The position numbers and the translations under genes were made by a program. From positions 1 to 31,120 of IMG/VR virus record IMGVR_UViG_3300009498_000024: DNA of 31,120 bases; one strand, given 5' to 3'. Origin of the DNA: a virus. Taxonomy: Duplodnaviria; Caudoviricetes. Positions 17,642 to 26,698 of the stretch are shown here, one piece after another (position 1 is the stretch's first letter; every line of letters starts with the position of its first letter). Below the pieces are notes generated by a model. That model was given only the letters and a program-made list of their open reading frames with translations, searched no databases and had not been told where the DNA came from.

Positions 17642-18271
17642 CTAAAGTCTATCAGCTGATTGTTCTGCTATATCCAAAGCTTGCTCGTAAGTCATGGTTG
17701 GATTAGCTTGTAAAATTTCTTGAACATCTTGCTGAATTGCTTGCTGTCTAATTGTAGGCTGAGGAGTCGGTGCTACTCCAGATGTTGGGTCTAGCCTAGA
17801 TATTTGTTCACCTCTTCTGAGCGTACTAGTTAAATAGTTTTGAAGCAATCCAGTTATTCCAGCCATTTCTTGACCTCTTTGCTGCTCTATTCCATATAAA
17901 CCTCTACCTATTGTCTCTTGAGCACCACCTCTTAACTGAGAAGCTTGTCTCATGGCTGCTCCAGAGCCAGCAAATCCAGCTTGACCAGCTCTTTGTCTAA
18001 GCTGTTCCATTGATTCTCCAAGCTGAGTACTAACGTCTCCATATAGTTGACCAGTTCTCATTGATTGCCTTTGACCTATTTCTCCAGCTGCATCCAACAA
18101 TCTTTGCTGGTCTATGCCTTGAAAAAATTGACCAAACTGTTCTGCTTGACTTCCTTCAAAGCCAAAAGCTTGAGCTACTTGTTGACCCATAGAAGCTTCT
18201 TTAGTTGGGTCTCCAAAGTATTGTTGAAAACCACTTAATCCTGCTTGCTGTAGTAAATCTTGAAAACTCAT
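17642..18271 (-). CDS. Internal virion protein, putative
   Basis: Q/G/A-rich; GGAGG SD and TAATG coupling. Confidence 0.55.
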   Translation of the reverse strand: MSFQDLLQQAGLSGFQQYFGDPTKEASMGQQVAQAFGFEGSQAEQFGQFFQGIDQQRLLDAAGEIGQRQSMRTGQLYGDVSTQLGESMEQLRQRAGQAGFAGSGAAMRQASQLRGGAQETIGRGLYGIEQQRGQEMAGITGLLQNYLTSTLRRGEQISRLDPTSGVAPTPQPTIRQQAIQQDVQEILQANPTMTYEQALDIAEQSADRL

Positions 18272-19140
18272 TATATTATTCCTCCATAAAGTGAACGTCT
18301 CGAAGCAAAGTCAGATGCCATCCCTAATGATTTTAATTGGTCAACTAAAGATTTGCTAGGGTCAAAACCAAGATTTCTAGATATTCCCATATTTTGCTGA
18401 GATGTTCCTCTGTAATTTAATAATGGATTTGATACGCTAGCAGCTGTTGGAATTGAACCAATCTCACGAAAAACCTCTGGAATAGTGTCCATACCTCCAA
18501 TTAATCCAACACCAGTTGAACCTCTTAGGATTTCAGTTCTACCAAAAGCTCCTGGTTTAAAAGATTGAATGTAGTCCTGTATCGTTCCTAAACCTTCTTT
18601 AATACCTCCTGTTTTTAATCCTTCTATAGTAGCTTTTCCTAGGTCTAACAATCCTTCTCTAGTTACGCCAAGACTTTCAAGGTTTCTAGCATTTAAATAA
18701 TCTTTAGCAGCGCTTGCAAGAACATTTCTACTAAACCCTCTATTTGCGTCAGTTATAAATCTATTAATATCCCTTTGCGATGATTCTACATCTTCTCTAG
18801 CTCCTTGGAAAAACATACCTCCACCTAATCCAGATGATACACGACCAATATTATTATTACCAGCTGCTAACTGCTGACCAATAGCACTTCCTATAGCTCT
18901 ACCACCAGAACCACCTGCAAGAAAACCTAATGTTCCACCTACTAGCCTGCCAACACCTCTTTTTTTCTCTCTTTTTTTAGCTTGTTCTCCAGCTTCCCTA
19001 AATCTTTCTCTTAGTTCTTTTGTAGCTTTTCGTATATCCCTTCTTTCACTTTCCGCTGTAATAGATAACTGAGCTCCAGTCTCACCCATTCCAGCTGCCT
19101 GACCAGCTTGTATACTTGCTAATAATTCTGCTAAAGTCAT
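18271..19140 (-). CDS. Internal virion (pilot-like) protein, putative
   Basis: Gly-zipper-like GRLVGGTLGFLAGGSGGRAIGSAIG; AGGAG SD. Confidence 0.55.
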   Translation of the reverse strand: MTLAELLASIQAGQAAGMGETGAQLSITAESERRDIRKATKELRERFREAGEQAKKREKKRGVGRLVGGTLGFLAGGSGGRAIGSAIGQQLAAGNNNIGRVSSGLGGGMFFQGAREDVESSQRDINRFITDANRGFSRNVLASAAKDYLNARNLESLGVTREGLLDLGKATIEGLKTGGIKEGLGTIQDYIQSFKPGAFGRTEILRGSTGVGLIGGMDTIPEVFREIGSIPTAASVSNPLLNYRGTSQQNMGISRNLGFDPSKSLVDQLKSLGMASDFASRRSLYGGII

Positions 19141-19141
19141 C

Positions 19142-19333
19142 TTAACTCCTTGTAAATTCTAAAAAGTGCCACGCACCTAATTCTTTTCTGTAAAGCCTAA
19201 GCTTACCATCTGGTGTCTTCACCAGTCTTTCTTCTCCATCATTTCCAGAATCGTTTGATGGATATCCTTGTTGTAACTTTGTTTTAACTCCCTTAGAGTT
19301 ATATAAAAATCTTTTTTCTCTATCAATAGGCAT
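19142..19333 (-). CDS. Small hypothetical (probably virion) protein
   Basis: TAATG-coupled to the nozzle gene. Confidence 0.6.
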   Translation of the reverse strand: MPIDREKRFLYNSKGVKTKLQQGYPSNDSGNDGEERLVKTPDGKLRLYRKELGAWHFLEFTRS

Positions 19334-21690
19334 TATGTAATTCTCTTATATAATGGTCTATACTCTACACCAACACTATTTACTTTTTGAATACTACTTC
19401 CATCTAAATCTATCTGAACTTGAAAAGAAGAAGCTAGTAATGGAGAACCAAATGTAATTCTATTTACATCTAAGTCATTGCTTGTACTAGCTAAAGTCCC
19501 AGCATTAGCAGTTCCTTGCTTTGTACCACTATCATTTGTATAAAAATATTTAACACCATTACTATTAGATGCTCCACTAGCATATTCTACAGTTACACCG
19601 TAAATCTTCTTAACTATATTAGGAAAACCAAAGTCATCGTCTTTTAACTTTATGTCAAATGTAGCTCCAGAATCTGGCTCTCCATCATAAGATTCTAACT
19701 CATCTGTTCCTACACCTAAAGTCATATTATTATGTAGGTCTGTAATAATATTAGTTTTTACAGAGTTATCAACCATATCTTCTACAAAAGTAAAGCTGTT
19801 TGTAATAAAACTATAAACATAAGCATCACCACTTGTACCACCAGAAGCTGCAGCATCTCTAACTATAACTAAATGTTTATGAGTTGGTTCATATCCAATC
19901 ATAGTATCATCGTTTACAAAGCCTGTCCAATCTGATTCAAGTATTTTGCTTTGCAAGTTTCTTATCTGTGAACCATCGTAAAAGAATAAACCATTTTTAT
20001 TTACCCAGGCAACTCCAAAGTCTGTTTTTACGACTGCTGCATGGAAGTCTACTCCCATATTTTTATGCTCTGACTCTAAAAACCATTGAGTATCAGAACC
20101 ACCACCCACGTTAATAACATACAATGTTCTATTCTTATATGCTAACAATCTATCAGCATAAGACTCTATCTTTACAAAGTCTTCTCCATCATTAGCACCT
20201 AAATCAATAAAGTTAAAAGGTGGAAATGTATCAAATTTATTTATCTCACTATACATTAATCTATCTGACTGAACAACTGTTTGTCCTTTGTCATTAATAG
20301 ACTTTACATTAGCTACAAACCTTCTTCTGTTTGACACTACGCTAGTCTTATACCCTTCTCCAGTATTGCCTATTGATATGCTAGATAAATCAGCGTTATA
20401 TCCATTTAAAGAGCTATATGTATCAGCATTTGGGTCTTGTATTGAAACAGTACAAAACAAAAAAGAAGCTGAAGAATATATAGTTGACCAACCAACGTGC
20501 TTAGATTCTAAATTTGTTCTACAACCATAGGTTAAATCTATATCTGCTAAAAGCTGAAAATCTCCCTTAGAGGTAGAATCTCTAAAATATATTCTACCAC
20601 CAGTAATTCTTTTGTCATAACCATGCGAAGCTATAATAGAGAGGTCAAGTCTTTTATTAGTGGCAATAGTTGTTAGTCCAGTCATTAAGGTTGGCAACGA
20701 CTCTTGAGCGCCATCGTAAATAAATGTTTGAGCAAACTCATACGTACCAGCTGGTATACTACCATCACTTCCAGTTGCTATTGCTTGAAGATTAAATCCA
20801 AGTCCAGCATCAGGAGCTATATATAGTTTTGTATCAGAGCCAAGAACATTCCAAGTTTTAGATGAATCTATTATTAGCTCTGTATTACTATTCCTTTGTA
20901 CTATTCCTACTGTATCAGCGCCTGGGCCGTTTATAAGAACATATAAACCAGTATCTAATTGAGTGTCTGTTCCAGATGTGTTACCAGTATCTGTTATTGT
21001 GGTTGAGCCTGATAGTGTTACCGTAGTTCCACTGGCTTGACCTTCAAGAGTATCGTCAATTCCAAGAACAGCGCTAACTAATCCAGTTGCAGCTGTACCA
21101 GCAAATGGTTGTTTTGGTGGAGCGTCAGACACTACCCATTCATTTACTGTTTGAGCACTGCCTCCTCCAACATTTATTTGGCTTAAGCTATCGTCTAGCC
21201 ATAACTTTTTATTTACATACCCATACCATTTTACACTATTACCAGAACCAAAATTAGTATCACAAACTCTTACCACACCATCAGCTAAGTCATATATTAC
21301 CTTACCATTTGCAGTGCTACCTAAGTCTATAGCTTCTGAAAAATCACCACTACCATCAGCTACATGTATCCTAGTATCAGAAGTAGCATCTGTATCAGCC
21401 AAAAATGTCTTTATTGTAGATGTATTAGTTCCAGAGCCACTAACTCCAGTGTAGTCCATTCTCGCTTGAAATAAGCCAAATCCAGGCTGAGACGCATCTA
21501 AGCTTAAGTTTTCATTAGAATTATAATCGCTTGTATTATCTGTAACTTTACCAGCAGACTTAACTATGCCAAACTCATCTACAATAACATTATTAGCTTG
21601 AGCTAGTTCGTTATCAGCAATAGAGCGTGAGTTAGTCTTAGTGTTAAGACCACCATCAAAACGTGTATATGTTTTAAACTGTTTAGGCAT
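19333..21690 (-). CDS. Tail nozzle / tubular protein B-like
   Basis: 785 aa, beta-rich; N-terminal FDGGLNT...NNV..DEFG pattern; precedes the internal proteins. Confidence 0.7.
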   Translation of the reverse strand: MPKQFKTYTRFDGGLNTKTNSRSIADNELAQANNVIVDEFGIVKSAGKVTDNTSDYNSNENLSLDASQPGFGLFQARMDYTGVSGSGTNTSTIKTFLADTDATSDTRIHVADGSGDFSEAIDLGSTANGKVIYDLADGVVRVCDTNFGSGNSVKWYGYVNKKLWLDDSLSQINVGGGSAQTVNEWVVSDAPPKQPFAGTAATGLVSAVLGIDDTLEGQASGTTVTLSGSTTITDTGNTSGTDTQLDTGLYVLINGPGADTVGIVQRNSNTELIIDSSKTWNVLGSDTKLYIAPDAGLGFNLQAIATGSDGSIPAGTYEFAQTFIYDGAQESLPTLMTGLTTIATNKRLDLSIIASHGYDKRITGGRIYFRDSTSKGDFQLLADIDLTYGCRTNLESKHVGWSTIYSSASFLFCTVSIQDPNADTYSSLNGYNADLSSISIGNTGEGYKTSVVSNRRRFVANVKSINDKGQTVVQSDRLMYSEINKFDTFPPFNFIDLGANDGEDFVKIESYADRLLAYKNRTLYVINVGGGSDTQWFLESEHKNMGVDFHAAVVKTDFGVAWVNKNGLFFYDGSQIRNLQSKILESDWTGFVNDDTMIGYEPTHKHLVIVRDAAASGGTSGDAYVYSFITNSFTFVEDMVDNSVKTNIITDLHNNMTLGVGTDELESYDGEPDSGATFDIKLKDDDFGFPNIVKKIYGVTVEYASGASNSNGVKYFYTNDSGTKQGTANAGTLASTSNDLDVNRITFGSPLLASSFQVQIDLDGSSIQKVNSVGVEYRPLYKRIT

Positions 21691-22082
21691 TATTCCTTTA
21701 TCTCAAAATGTACTAAATCGTCAAACTTATTATCTTTGGTTTTGGTGTCCATATCCCAGTCTCCACCCCATCTTATCTTGAGTCCCATTTGTTTAGCAAT
21801 TCCAAGAACGTAGCCGCCAAAGTAATGAAACCTATCCCTATCATGCCAGTCAATAGGGTAAGGAGCAACATCAACAGCAATGCTGGGACTTTTATTATGC
21901 TTCCCATTTGGGAACTTAAGCTTACTATTTCCTTTATCATATGCTTCATCTTGAGCCTTTTGTCCTCTATGTCCTTCTAATACTGTACAATCAAAACCCT
22001 TAACAACTTCTTCAAACAATCCAACCAGTCTCTCATCGCAAGTATATAGTTTGTGTTTGCTATTTCTACTAAATCTTGGCAT
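21690..22082 (-). CDS. Endolysin, M15-family L-Ala-D-Glu peptidase
   Basis: EGHR...Q, KHN...AVDVAPYPIDW, RWGGDW, DLVHFE. Confidence 0.9.
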   Translation of the reverse strand: MPRFSRNSKHKLYTCDERLVGLFEEVVKGFDCTVLEGHRGQKAQDEAYDKGNSKLKFPNGKHNKSPSIAVDVAPYPIDWHDRDRFHYFGGYVLGIAKQMGLKIRWGGDWDMDTKTKDNKFDDLVHFEIKE

Positions 22083-22309
22083 TACTTACCCTTAATTAAA
22101 CCTTCTACTAGGTCAGTAACAACGTCAACACACTTCTCAAAAAAGATTTGTTCTTTATCTTCGCTTACAAATGGAATATCAATCTTCTCATTAATTTTTG
22201 TAGCGATTGTCTTAGCCATTTCGTCTGAAGTAAGCTGGTCAACCATTTGTTTTTTAATTGAATCTGCTTGAGTTTCAGCTGCAGCTACTAACATTTCTTT
22301 TAAACCCAT
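22082..22309 (-). CDS. Hypothetical protein of the lysis cluster
   Basis: INEKIDIPFVSEDKEQ; TAATG-coupled on both sides. Confidence 0.65.
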   Translation of the reverse strand: MGLKEMLVAAAETQADSIKKQMVDQLTSDEMAKTIATKINEKIDIPFVSEDKEQIFFEKCVDVVTDLVEGLIKGK

Positions 22310-22458
22310 TATCTTCTCCTAATTTCATTATTTGTTTTAACTATTAAATATACTAAAGTTGCAATAGAAACAGCCATTTGCAGTAACATTGGTAGATTAG
22401 TCCACCAAACACCTACTCCAATCATACCATTAGCTAATGCTTTAGTTGAATCTATCAT
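22309..22458 (-). CDS. Small holin-like membrane protein, 49 aa (not in ORF track)
   Basis: MIDSTKALANGMIGVGVWWTNLPMLLQMAVSIATLVYLIVKTNNEIRRR: two hydrophobic segments and a basic tail, near the endolysin. Confidence 0.6.
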   Translation of the reverse strand: MIDSTKALANGMIGVGVWWTNLPMLLQMAVSIATLVYLIVKTNNEIRRR

Positions 22459-22461
22459 TTG

Positions 22462-22767
22462 TCAACTAGCCTTTCCATTAATACGACCCTTAAGGTACGC
22501 TAAATCATCGGTTACATCATTTAATTCTCTTACGATATCTTCTCTATGTCGAGCACTTATATCGTCTGACTTATTCCATCTCTCTATTAACTTGATTGTT
22601 ATTCCCTCTACATTCTCCATAGTAGATTCTATCTTAGTTATTTCTTGACGTATTACATCTAAATCTTCATTCTGGGTTCTTTGACTCTTCATAAGATTTA
22701 CTATCATCATTACAAATAATGATACAATAACTCCAATAGCACCGTATTCAGCGTACGTTTCAATCAT
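22462..22767 (-). CDS. Holin-like membrane protein
   Basis: N-terminal TM helix YGAIGVIVSLFVMMIV followed by a coiled coil. Confidence 0.55.
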   Translation of the reverse strand: MIETYAEYGAIGVIVSLFVMMIVNLMKSQRTQNEDLDVIRQEITKIESTMENVEGITIKLIERWNKSDDISARHREDIVRELNDVTDDLAYLKGRINGKAS

Positions 22768-22946
22768 TACTTACCAACTTCTTTTTGTGCTTTGTTATGT
22801 GATTGCTTAAAAGTTTTACCTTTTCTCATTTCAGAAGCCATCATAGATAGATGTTTCTTAGTGTGATGAACTTTGTGTTTCTGCATTTGTTTTTTCTGCA
22901 TTGCACTTAATCCATTAAGGTTTACATTTTTAAGATTCTTTGCCAT
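22767..22946 (-). CDS. Small basic His/Met-rich protein
   Basis: KHKVHHTKKHLSMM..EM..GKTF..SH..AQ; ATG 22946 directly follows the previous stop. Confidence 0.65.
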   Translation of the reverse strand: MAKNLKNVNLNGLSAMQKKQMQKHKVHHTKKHLSMMASEMRKGKTFKQSHNKAQKEVGK

Positions 22947-22947
22947 G

Positions 22948-23280
22948 CTACCAAGGTTTTCCAGTTGCTCTTGTTGGTGTTTCTTGTTTTGCGATTTGTG
23001 CATCTAAACCTGCTTCAATTTCTGCAAGACTGTCTGCACCTATTTTAGCTTCTACCCATCCTTGCGCATCTTCTTCTGTGATGTCGGCATAAGCTGTGAA
23101 GTTTTCAGAGTCTGGAGCGTTTAAACCTACTGTACCGATACTTGATGCAGAGTAAGTAACCGCATCATCGCCTTCGCCTACTGTTTTATTTTTAACAAAC
23201 GAATAGTGAACTGTCTTACAAACATCAGACAATCCATCTTCACTTATCACTCTATCAATAGTGTTAATTCTAGTTTCCAT
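22948..23280 (-). CDS. Hypothetical tail-associated protein
   Basis: TVHY...F.AYAD.TE...GWV...GKPW pattern recalled from proteins beside phage tail fibres. Confidence 0.55.
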   Translation of the reverse strand: METRINTIDRVISEDGLSDVCKTVHYSFVKNKTVGEGDDAVTYSASSIGTVGLNAPDSENFTAYADITEEDAQGWVEAKIGADSLAEIEAGLDAQIAKQETPTRATGKPW

Positions 23281-23509
23281 TTTCTTTTTCTTTCTCTTCA
23301 GTCAAAGCATTTTTAAGAGCCTCAATAAAAGACTGCCTTCCAAATTGCAATTGCTGAAGATTGAATGTTGTTGTATCAATCTTTCTGTTTAGGTCTGCAA
23401 TATGATTAACCATAACTTTTTGGTCATCAGTCATTGAGTCAATATCATATTCTTTTCCATCAAGGTTTAACATTGGGGCATTTTCTTTTTTATTTTCTTT
23501 ATTAGCCAT
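23270..23509 (-). CDS. Hypothetical coiled-coil protein
   Basis: LDGKEYDIDSMTDDQK...; AAGGA SD. Confidence 0.65.
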   Translation of the reverse strand: MANKENKKENAPMLNLDGKEYDIDSMTDDQKVMVNHIADLNRKIDTTTFNLQQLQFGRQSFIEALKNALTEEKEKENGN

Positions 23510-23518
23510 TATATTTCC

Positions 23519-23779
23519 TTATCTTTTTAACCCTAGTTTTTGCATTAGGGTTTTGTTTTCTTCCTCAAGTTTCTGTATATGTTGCGATTCCATACCTTCC
23601 ACACTAGCAGTTAATACAGTAACTTTATTTTGTAAATCTTCAATTTTTCTTTGATGTTCTGCAAATTGCATTTGAGCTTGATACCAAGAGCCAGTAACTA
23701 CCATAATTAGAAAGCCAACCTTAATTAACATCGCCACACTGAGCGAGATAGTGCTATCTGTATTAATTGCGTTTGCCAT
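23519..23779 (-). CDS. Membrane-anchored coiled-coil protein
   Basis: TM helix plus heptad repeats; resembles 23763-24044. Confidence 0.6.
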   Translation of the reverse strand: MANAINTDSTISLSVAMLIKVGFLIMVVTGSWYQAQMQFAEHQRKIEDLQNKVTVLTASVEGMESQHIQKLEEENKTLMQKLGLKR

Positions 23780-24044
23780 TTCTTAATCTTTCTAATTCTC
23801 TTTCAAGAACTTCAATCTTTTCATTCTGCCTTATGTCAGCAGGTATCTCTGCATTTTGACTAGCTTTAGCATCTTCTTCTATAGCTGTAATATGTTCTTC
23901 GTTTATCTTTACTTGGTATTCAAGAAATGATATGCGACCATTTAGCTCACCATATCCCCAGACCATTGCACCAATTACTGCTACTGCTTGAAAAAGCATA
24001 GGCAAACTAATGTTAAGACTTGAATCTTGTCCTATTGGCTTCAC
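23763..24044 (-). CDS. Membrane-anchored coiled-coil protein
   Basis: TM helix plus heptad repeats; GTG start within a GTGA overlap. Confidence 0.6.
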   Translation of the reverse strand: MKPIGQDSSLNISLPMLFQAVAVIGAMVWGYGELNGRISFLEYQVKINEEHITAIEEDAKASQNAEIPADIRQNEKIEVLERELERLRNGKRN

Positions 24045-24079
24045 TTCTTACACCCACAACAACAACAACAATCGCTCAT
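24041..24079 (-). CDS. Putative 12-aa Cys-rich micropeptide MSDCCCCCGCKK
   Basis: GGAG upstream; ATGA overlap with the upstream stop and GTGA overlap with the downstream start. Confidence 0.5.
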   Translation of the reverse strand: MSDCCCCCGCKK

Positions 24080-24360
24080 TCTTTATTCTCCGTTGGTCTT
24101 GGCTTTGGCTTCTTGTTTACAACTATTCTTTTTCTATATACAGGCTTTATAAACTGGTCTGTTTTCCAATACCTGTAATCACTTGTATTCCAACCGATAG
24201 CTAATGAATTAGGATAATATCTATATCCTTGAAAATCTGACCTATAGACTTTAACAACTTGTGTGCTATCAGTATATGTAATTATCTGTGAAGGTACAGG
24301 TTCACCTACATCTCCACTAATAACATATCCAAAGAAAAGACCTACAATAAATTCAATCAT
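24076..24360 (-). CDS. Hypothetical protein with hydrophobic N-terminus
   Basis: MIEFIVGLFFGYVIS; TAATG coupling. Confidence 0.55.
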   Translation of the reverse strand: MIEFIVGLFFGYVISGDVGEPVPSQIITYTDSTQVVKVYRSDFQGYRYYPNSLAIGWNTSDYRYWKTDQFIKPVYRKRIVVNKKPKPRPTENKE

Positions 24361-24617
24361 TAATTACTACCATTATTGATTCTTTGAGCATTTATATAAA
24401 GCTCTTCATATATACCTAAACTATCTGCTTTCCAAATAACTTTTCTCATTAAGCTATCTAACTCAAACATTTCTTGTGCTAATTCTTCTCGTGTCTTACC
24501 TATGTGGTAATCCTGACAACTAAATATGCTTACCATAAATGCTATTATAAAACCAAGTATTACCATAGCGTTTAGTATTTTACTTGCATCTGCCCATTGA
24601 TTTAGTTTTTTACGCAT
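24360..24617 (-). CDS. Putative lipoprotein / membrane protein
   Basis: Basic N-terminus, hydrophobic helix, IFSC lipobox-like end. Confidence 0.5.
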   Translation of the reverse strand: MRKKLNQWADASKILNAMVILGFIIAFMVSIFSCQDYHIGKTREELAQEMFELDSLMRKVIWKADSLGIYEELYINAQRINNGSN

Positions 24618-24888
24618 CTAGTGAATCTATGTAAGCCTTATATGCTGTTTTAACATCATCACTCCATACTGCATTACAGATACCTTGAACCTCTGATGAT
24701 TCACCAGATATGTCTGTATCTGCCCAAGTATCATCATTTTTTGTACAAGACTGTAAAACCTTTCGTGTAAATGAACGCGTTAATTCTACACCATCTTCTT
24801 TGACAACAGTAGCTGTTCTTACTTGAACTGCTTTATATTCACCAACTATTTCTATTTTATCTTCTATTACTTCTTTTGTTAAAGCCAT
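24610..24888 (-). CDS. Tail-fibre-associated small protein
   Basis: MALTKE..EDKIEIVG....VQVRTAT...DGVEL.RSF.R pattern; directly after the tail fibre. Confidence 0.65.
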   Translation of the reverse strand: MALTKEVIEDKIEIVGEYKAVQVRTATVVKEDGVELTRSFTRKVLQSCTKNDDTWADTDISGESSEVQGICNAVWSDDVKTAYKAYIDSLDA

Positions 24889-24922
24889 AATCTATTCCTT
24901 ATTAATTATCCAATTAAAATTA

Positions 24923-26584
24923 TTATGTATTATATACTAAATTAAAACCCATTACACCATTTCCCCAATCACCATCACCTATGTAATTACCACTTACATC
25001 ATTTGCGTAAATCTGATTAGTGCTACCATACAATCCTAAGTAAGCAGGGCTACCACCTGTTATAATTGTATTTTTAGAAATTTGAGCCCCAACAATAGAT
25101 GCTCCAATACCTGCTCCACTTGCATTAAATGGTAACAATATATAAGGATTGCCTGTGCCTCCACTTTTACCACTAATAGTAACACGAACTTCTAAATGAA
25201 CAAGGCGACCTATTTTAGTATATGTTCCTGATACATCATTTGTTGATGCAGTTATGCCATTTACAGATGTAGATATTGTACCTTCTTCGTAGTCATCAAA
25301 CAATTCGCTTGTCATATTTGCATTGTTAGGCATATTAGAAAAACTAATACCTCTACCATTCTGTAACTGAATATCTGCACCAGGCTGAAAATCTCCAGAA
25401 GTAGATACAACACCATCAGATGTAATTACAAAATCAAAACTATTATTAACATAATTGTAAATTCTAAAATCTTCTGTTGCTCCACGATGATAGACTTCCC
25501 ATTTATCTTGACCATTTTCTTTAAAGAAAATACCTGTATTAGCTGTAGCAGAATTACTATCAAGAAATAATTGGTCATCAGATGCGCCTACAATTTCAAG
25601 TTTTCCACTTGGATTTGTTTCATTTATACCTACGTTGCCAGCAGATGTGATACGCATATGCTCGTTTATTCCTTCTGGACTATTTTTTCTTGTTTCGAAG
25701 GACATATAGTGGTCGTGGTTATTATCAGAACCACTAGTTTTGCGAACTCGTATCGCACCAGACTCATAAGAGTTAGTTGTACTACCAGTAAAAGGATTAT
25801 TCCAAAATTCTATATCTGGCCCAGTATTAATTGCAGCAGCAGTTTTATTTGTAATTCGTAGCGTAGGGTCAGCTGAGTCGCTTTCTATATGAAGTAAACT
25901 TGCAGGACTTGTCGTGCCAATACCTACTCGTTTATTATAATCCATCCTCATTACTTCTTGCTCAGAACCACCATCTCTATTTATAAAAGCAAGAGTATTA
26001 CCATTACTTGCATCAGTATATCCCATTCTCCAGTAATAATTAGTTGCTCCGTGTGCAAAAGTTAAATCTCTTGCATAAGAACTTGCTCCAAGTAATTTAA
26101 CATCACCTGCAAAAGTAGCGTTTTGTGAGTTATCTATGGTCAGAGCATTTGTGCCACCAGTTCTAAGATATAATGAGCCAGTTCCAGTTGCATCATCAAC
26201 AAAGCCCATATAAATATTATTACTATTGTCTAAGCCAAGAAGTCTTATTGCAGAACCACCACTATCTTTAACTTCATAATATTTATTATTTGCAAGAGTA
26301 ATATCATCTGCCACAGCCAATGTACTTGCCATATCCACAGCACCATCAATATCAACTACATCAAGATTGGTTGTTCCATCTACGTCTAAATCACCATTGA
26401 AATCAACATTTCCACTTGCTGTAATTGTACCAGAAACATTTATTGCCCCAGTACTAATTTGTAATGCAGAAGTAGTTCCATCACCATCTTCTACATTTCT
26501 TAATGTTCCATCAACACCACTAGATGCTATCTTAAGAAGTAGTGGATAAGTTTCTGATATTGTTTTTCCTTTGAGTGTTGCCAT
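24923..26584 (-). CDS. Tail fibre protein
   Basis: Repeats RVGIGTTSP / GNVGINETNP; DVDGTTNLDVVDIDG; C-terminal DDYEEGT...GTYTKIGRLVH. Confidence 0.85.
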   Translation of the reverse strand: MATLKGKTISETYPLLLKIASSGVDGTLRNVEDGDGTTSALQISTGAINVSGTITASGNVDFNGDLDVDGTTNLDVVDIDGAVDMASTLAVADDITLANNKYYEVKDSGGSAIRLLGLDNSNNIYMGFVDDATGTGSLYLRTGGTNALTIDNSQNATFAGDVKLLGASSYARDLTFAHGATNYYWRMGYTDASNGNTLAFINRDGGSEQEVMRMDYNKRVGIGTTSPASLLHIESDSADPTLRITNKTAAAINTGPDIEFWNNPFTGSTTNSYESGAIRVRKTSGSDNNHDHYMSFETRKNSPEGINEHMRITSAGNVGINETNPSGKLEIVGASDDQLFLDSNSATANTGIFFKENGQDKWEVYHRGATEDFRIYNYVNNSFDFVITSDGVVSTSGDFQPGADIQLQNGRGISFSNMPNNANMTSELFDDYEEGTISTSVNGITASTNDVSGTYTKIGRLVHLEVRVTISGKSGGTGNPYILLPFNASGAGIGASIVGAQISKNTIITGGSPAYLGLYGSTNQIYANDVSGNYIGDGDWGNGVMGFNLVYNT

Positions 26585-26596
26585 ATTATTTCTTCC

Positions 26597-26698
26597 TTAT
26601 CTAAGACTTTCCCACCTGTGATTTGTTGAATTGTAACTCGCTCTCAAGAAGTTCCATTTTTTTGAGAGCCTTGATAATAATTTTATTGTACTAAGCAT
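26597..26698 (-). CDS. Small hypothetical protein, 33 aa (not in ORF track)
   Basis: MLSTIKLLSRLSKKWNFLRASYNSTNHRWESLR; TAATG-coupled and fills the gap. Confidence 0.5.
   Translation of the reverse strand: MLSTIKLLSRLSKKWNFLRASYNSTNHRWESLR

Noticed and set aside
24923-26584. Diversity-generating retroelement or invertible cassette at the tail fibre
   Set aside because: No reverse transcriptase, invertase or template/variable repeat pair seen in the window
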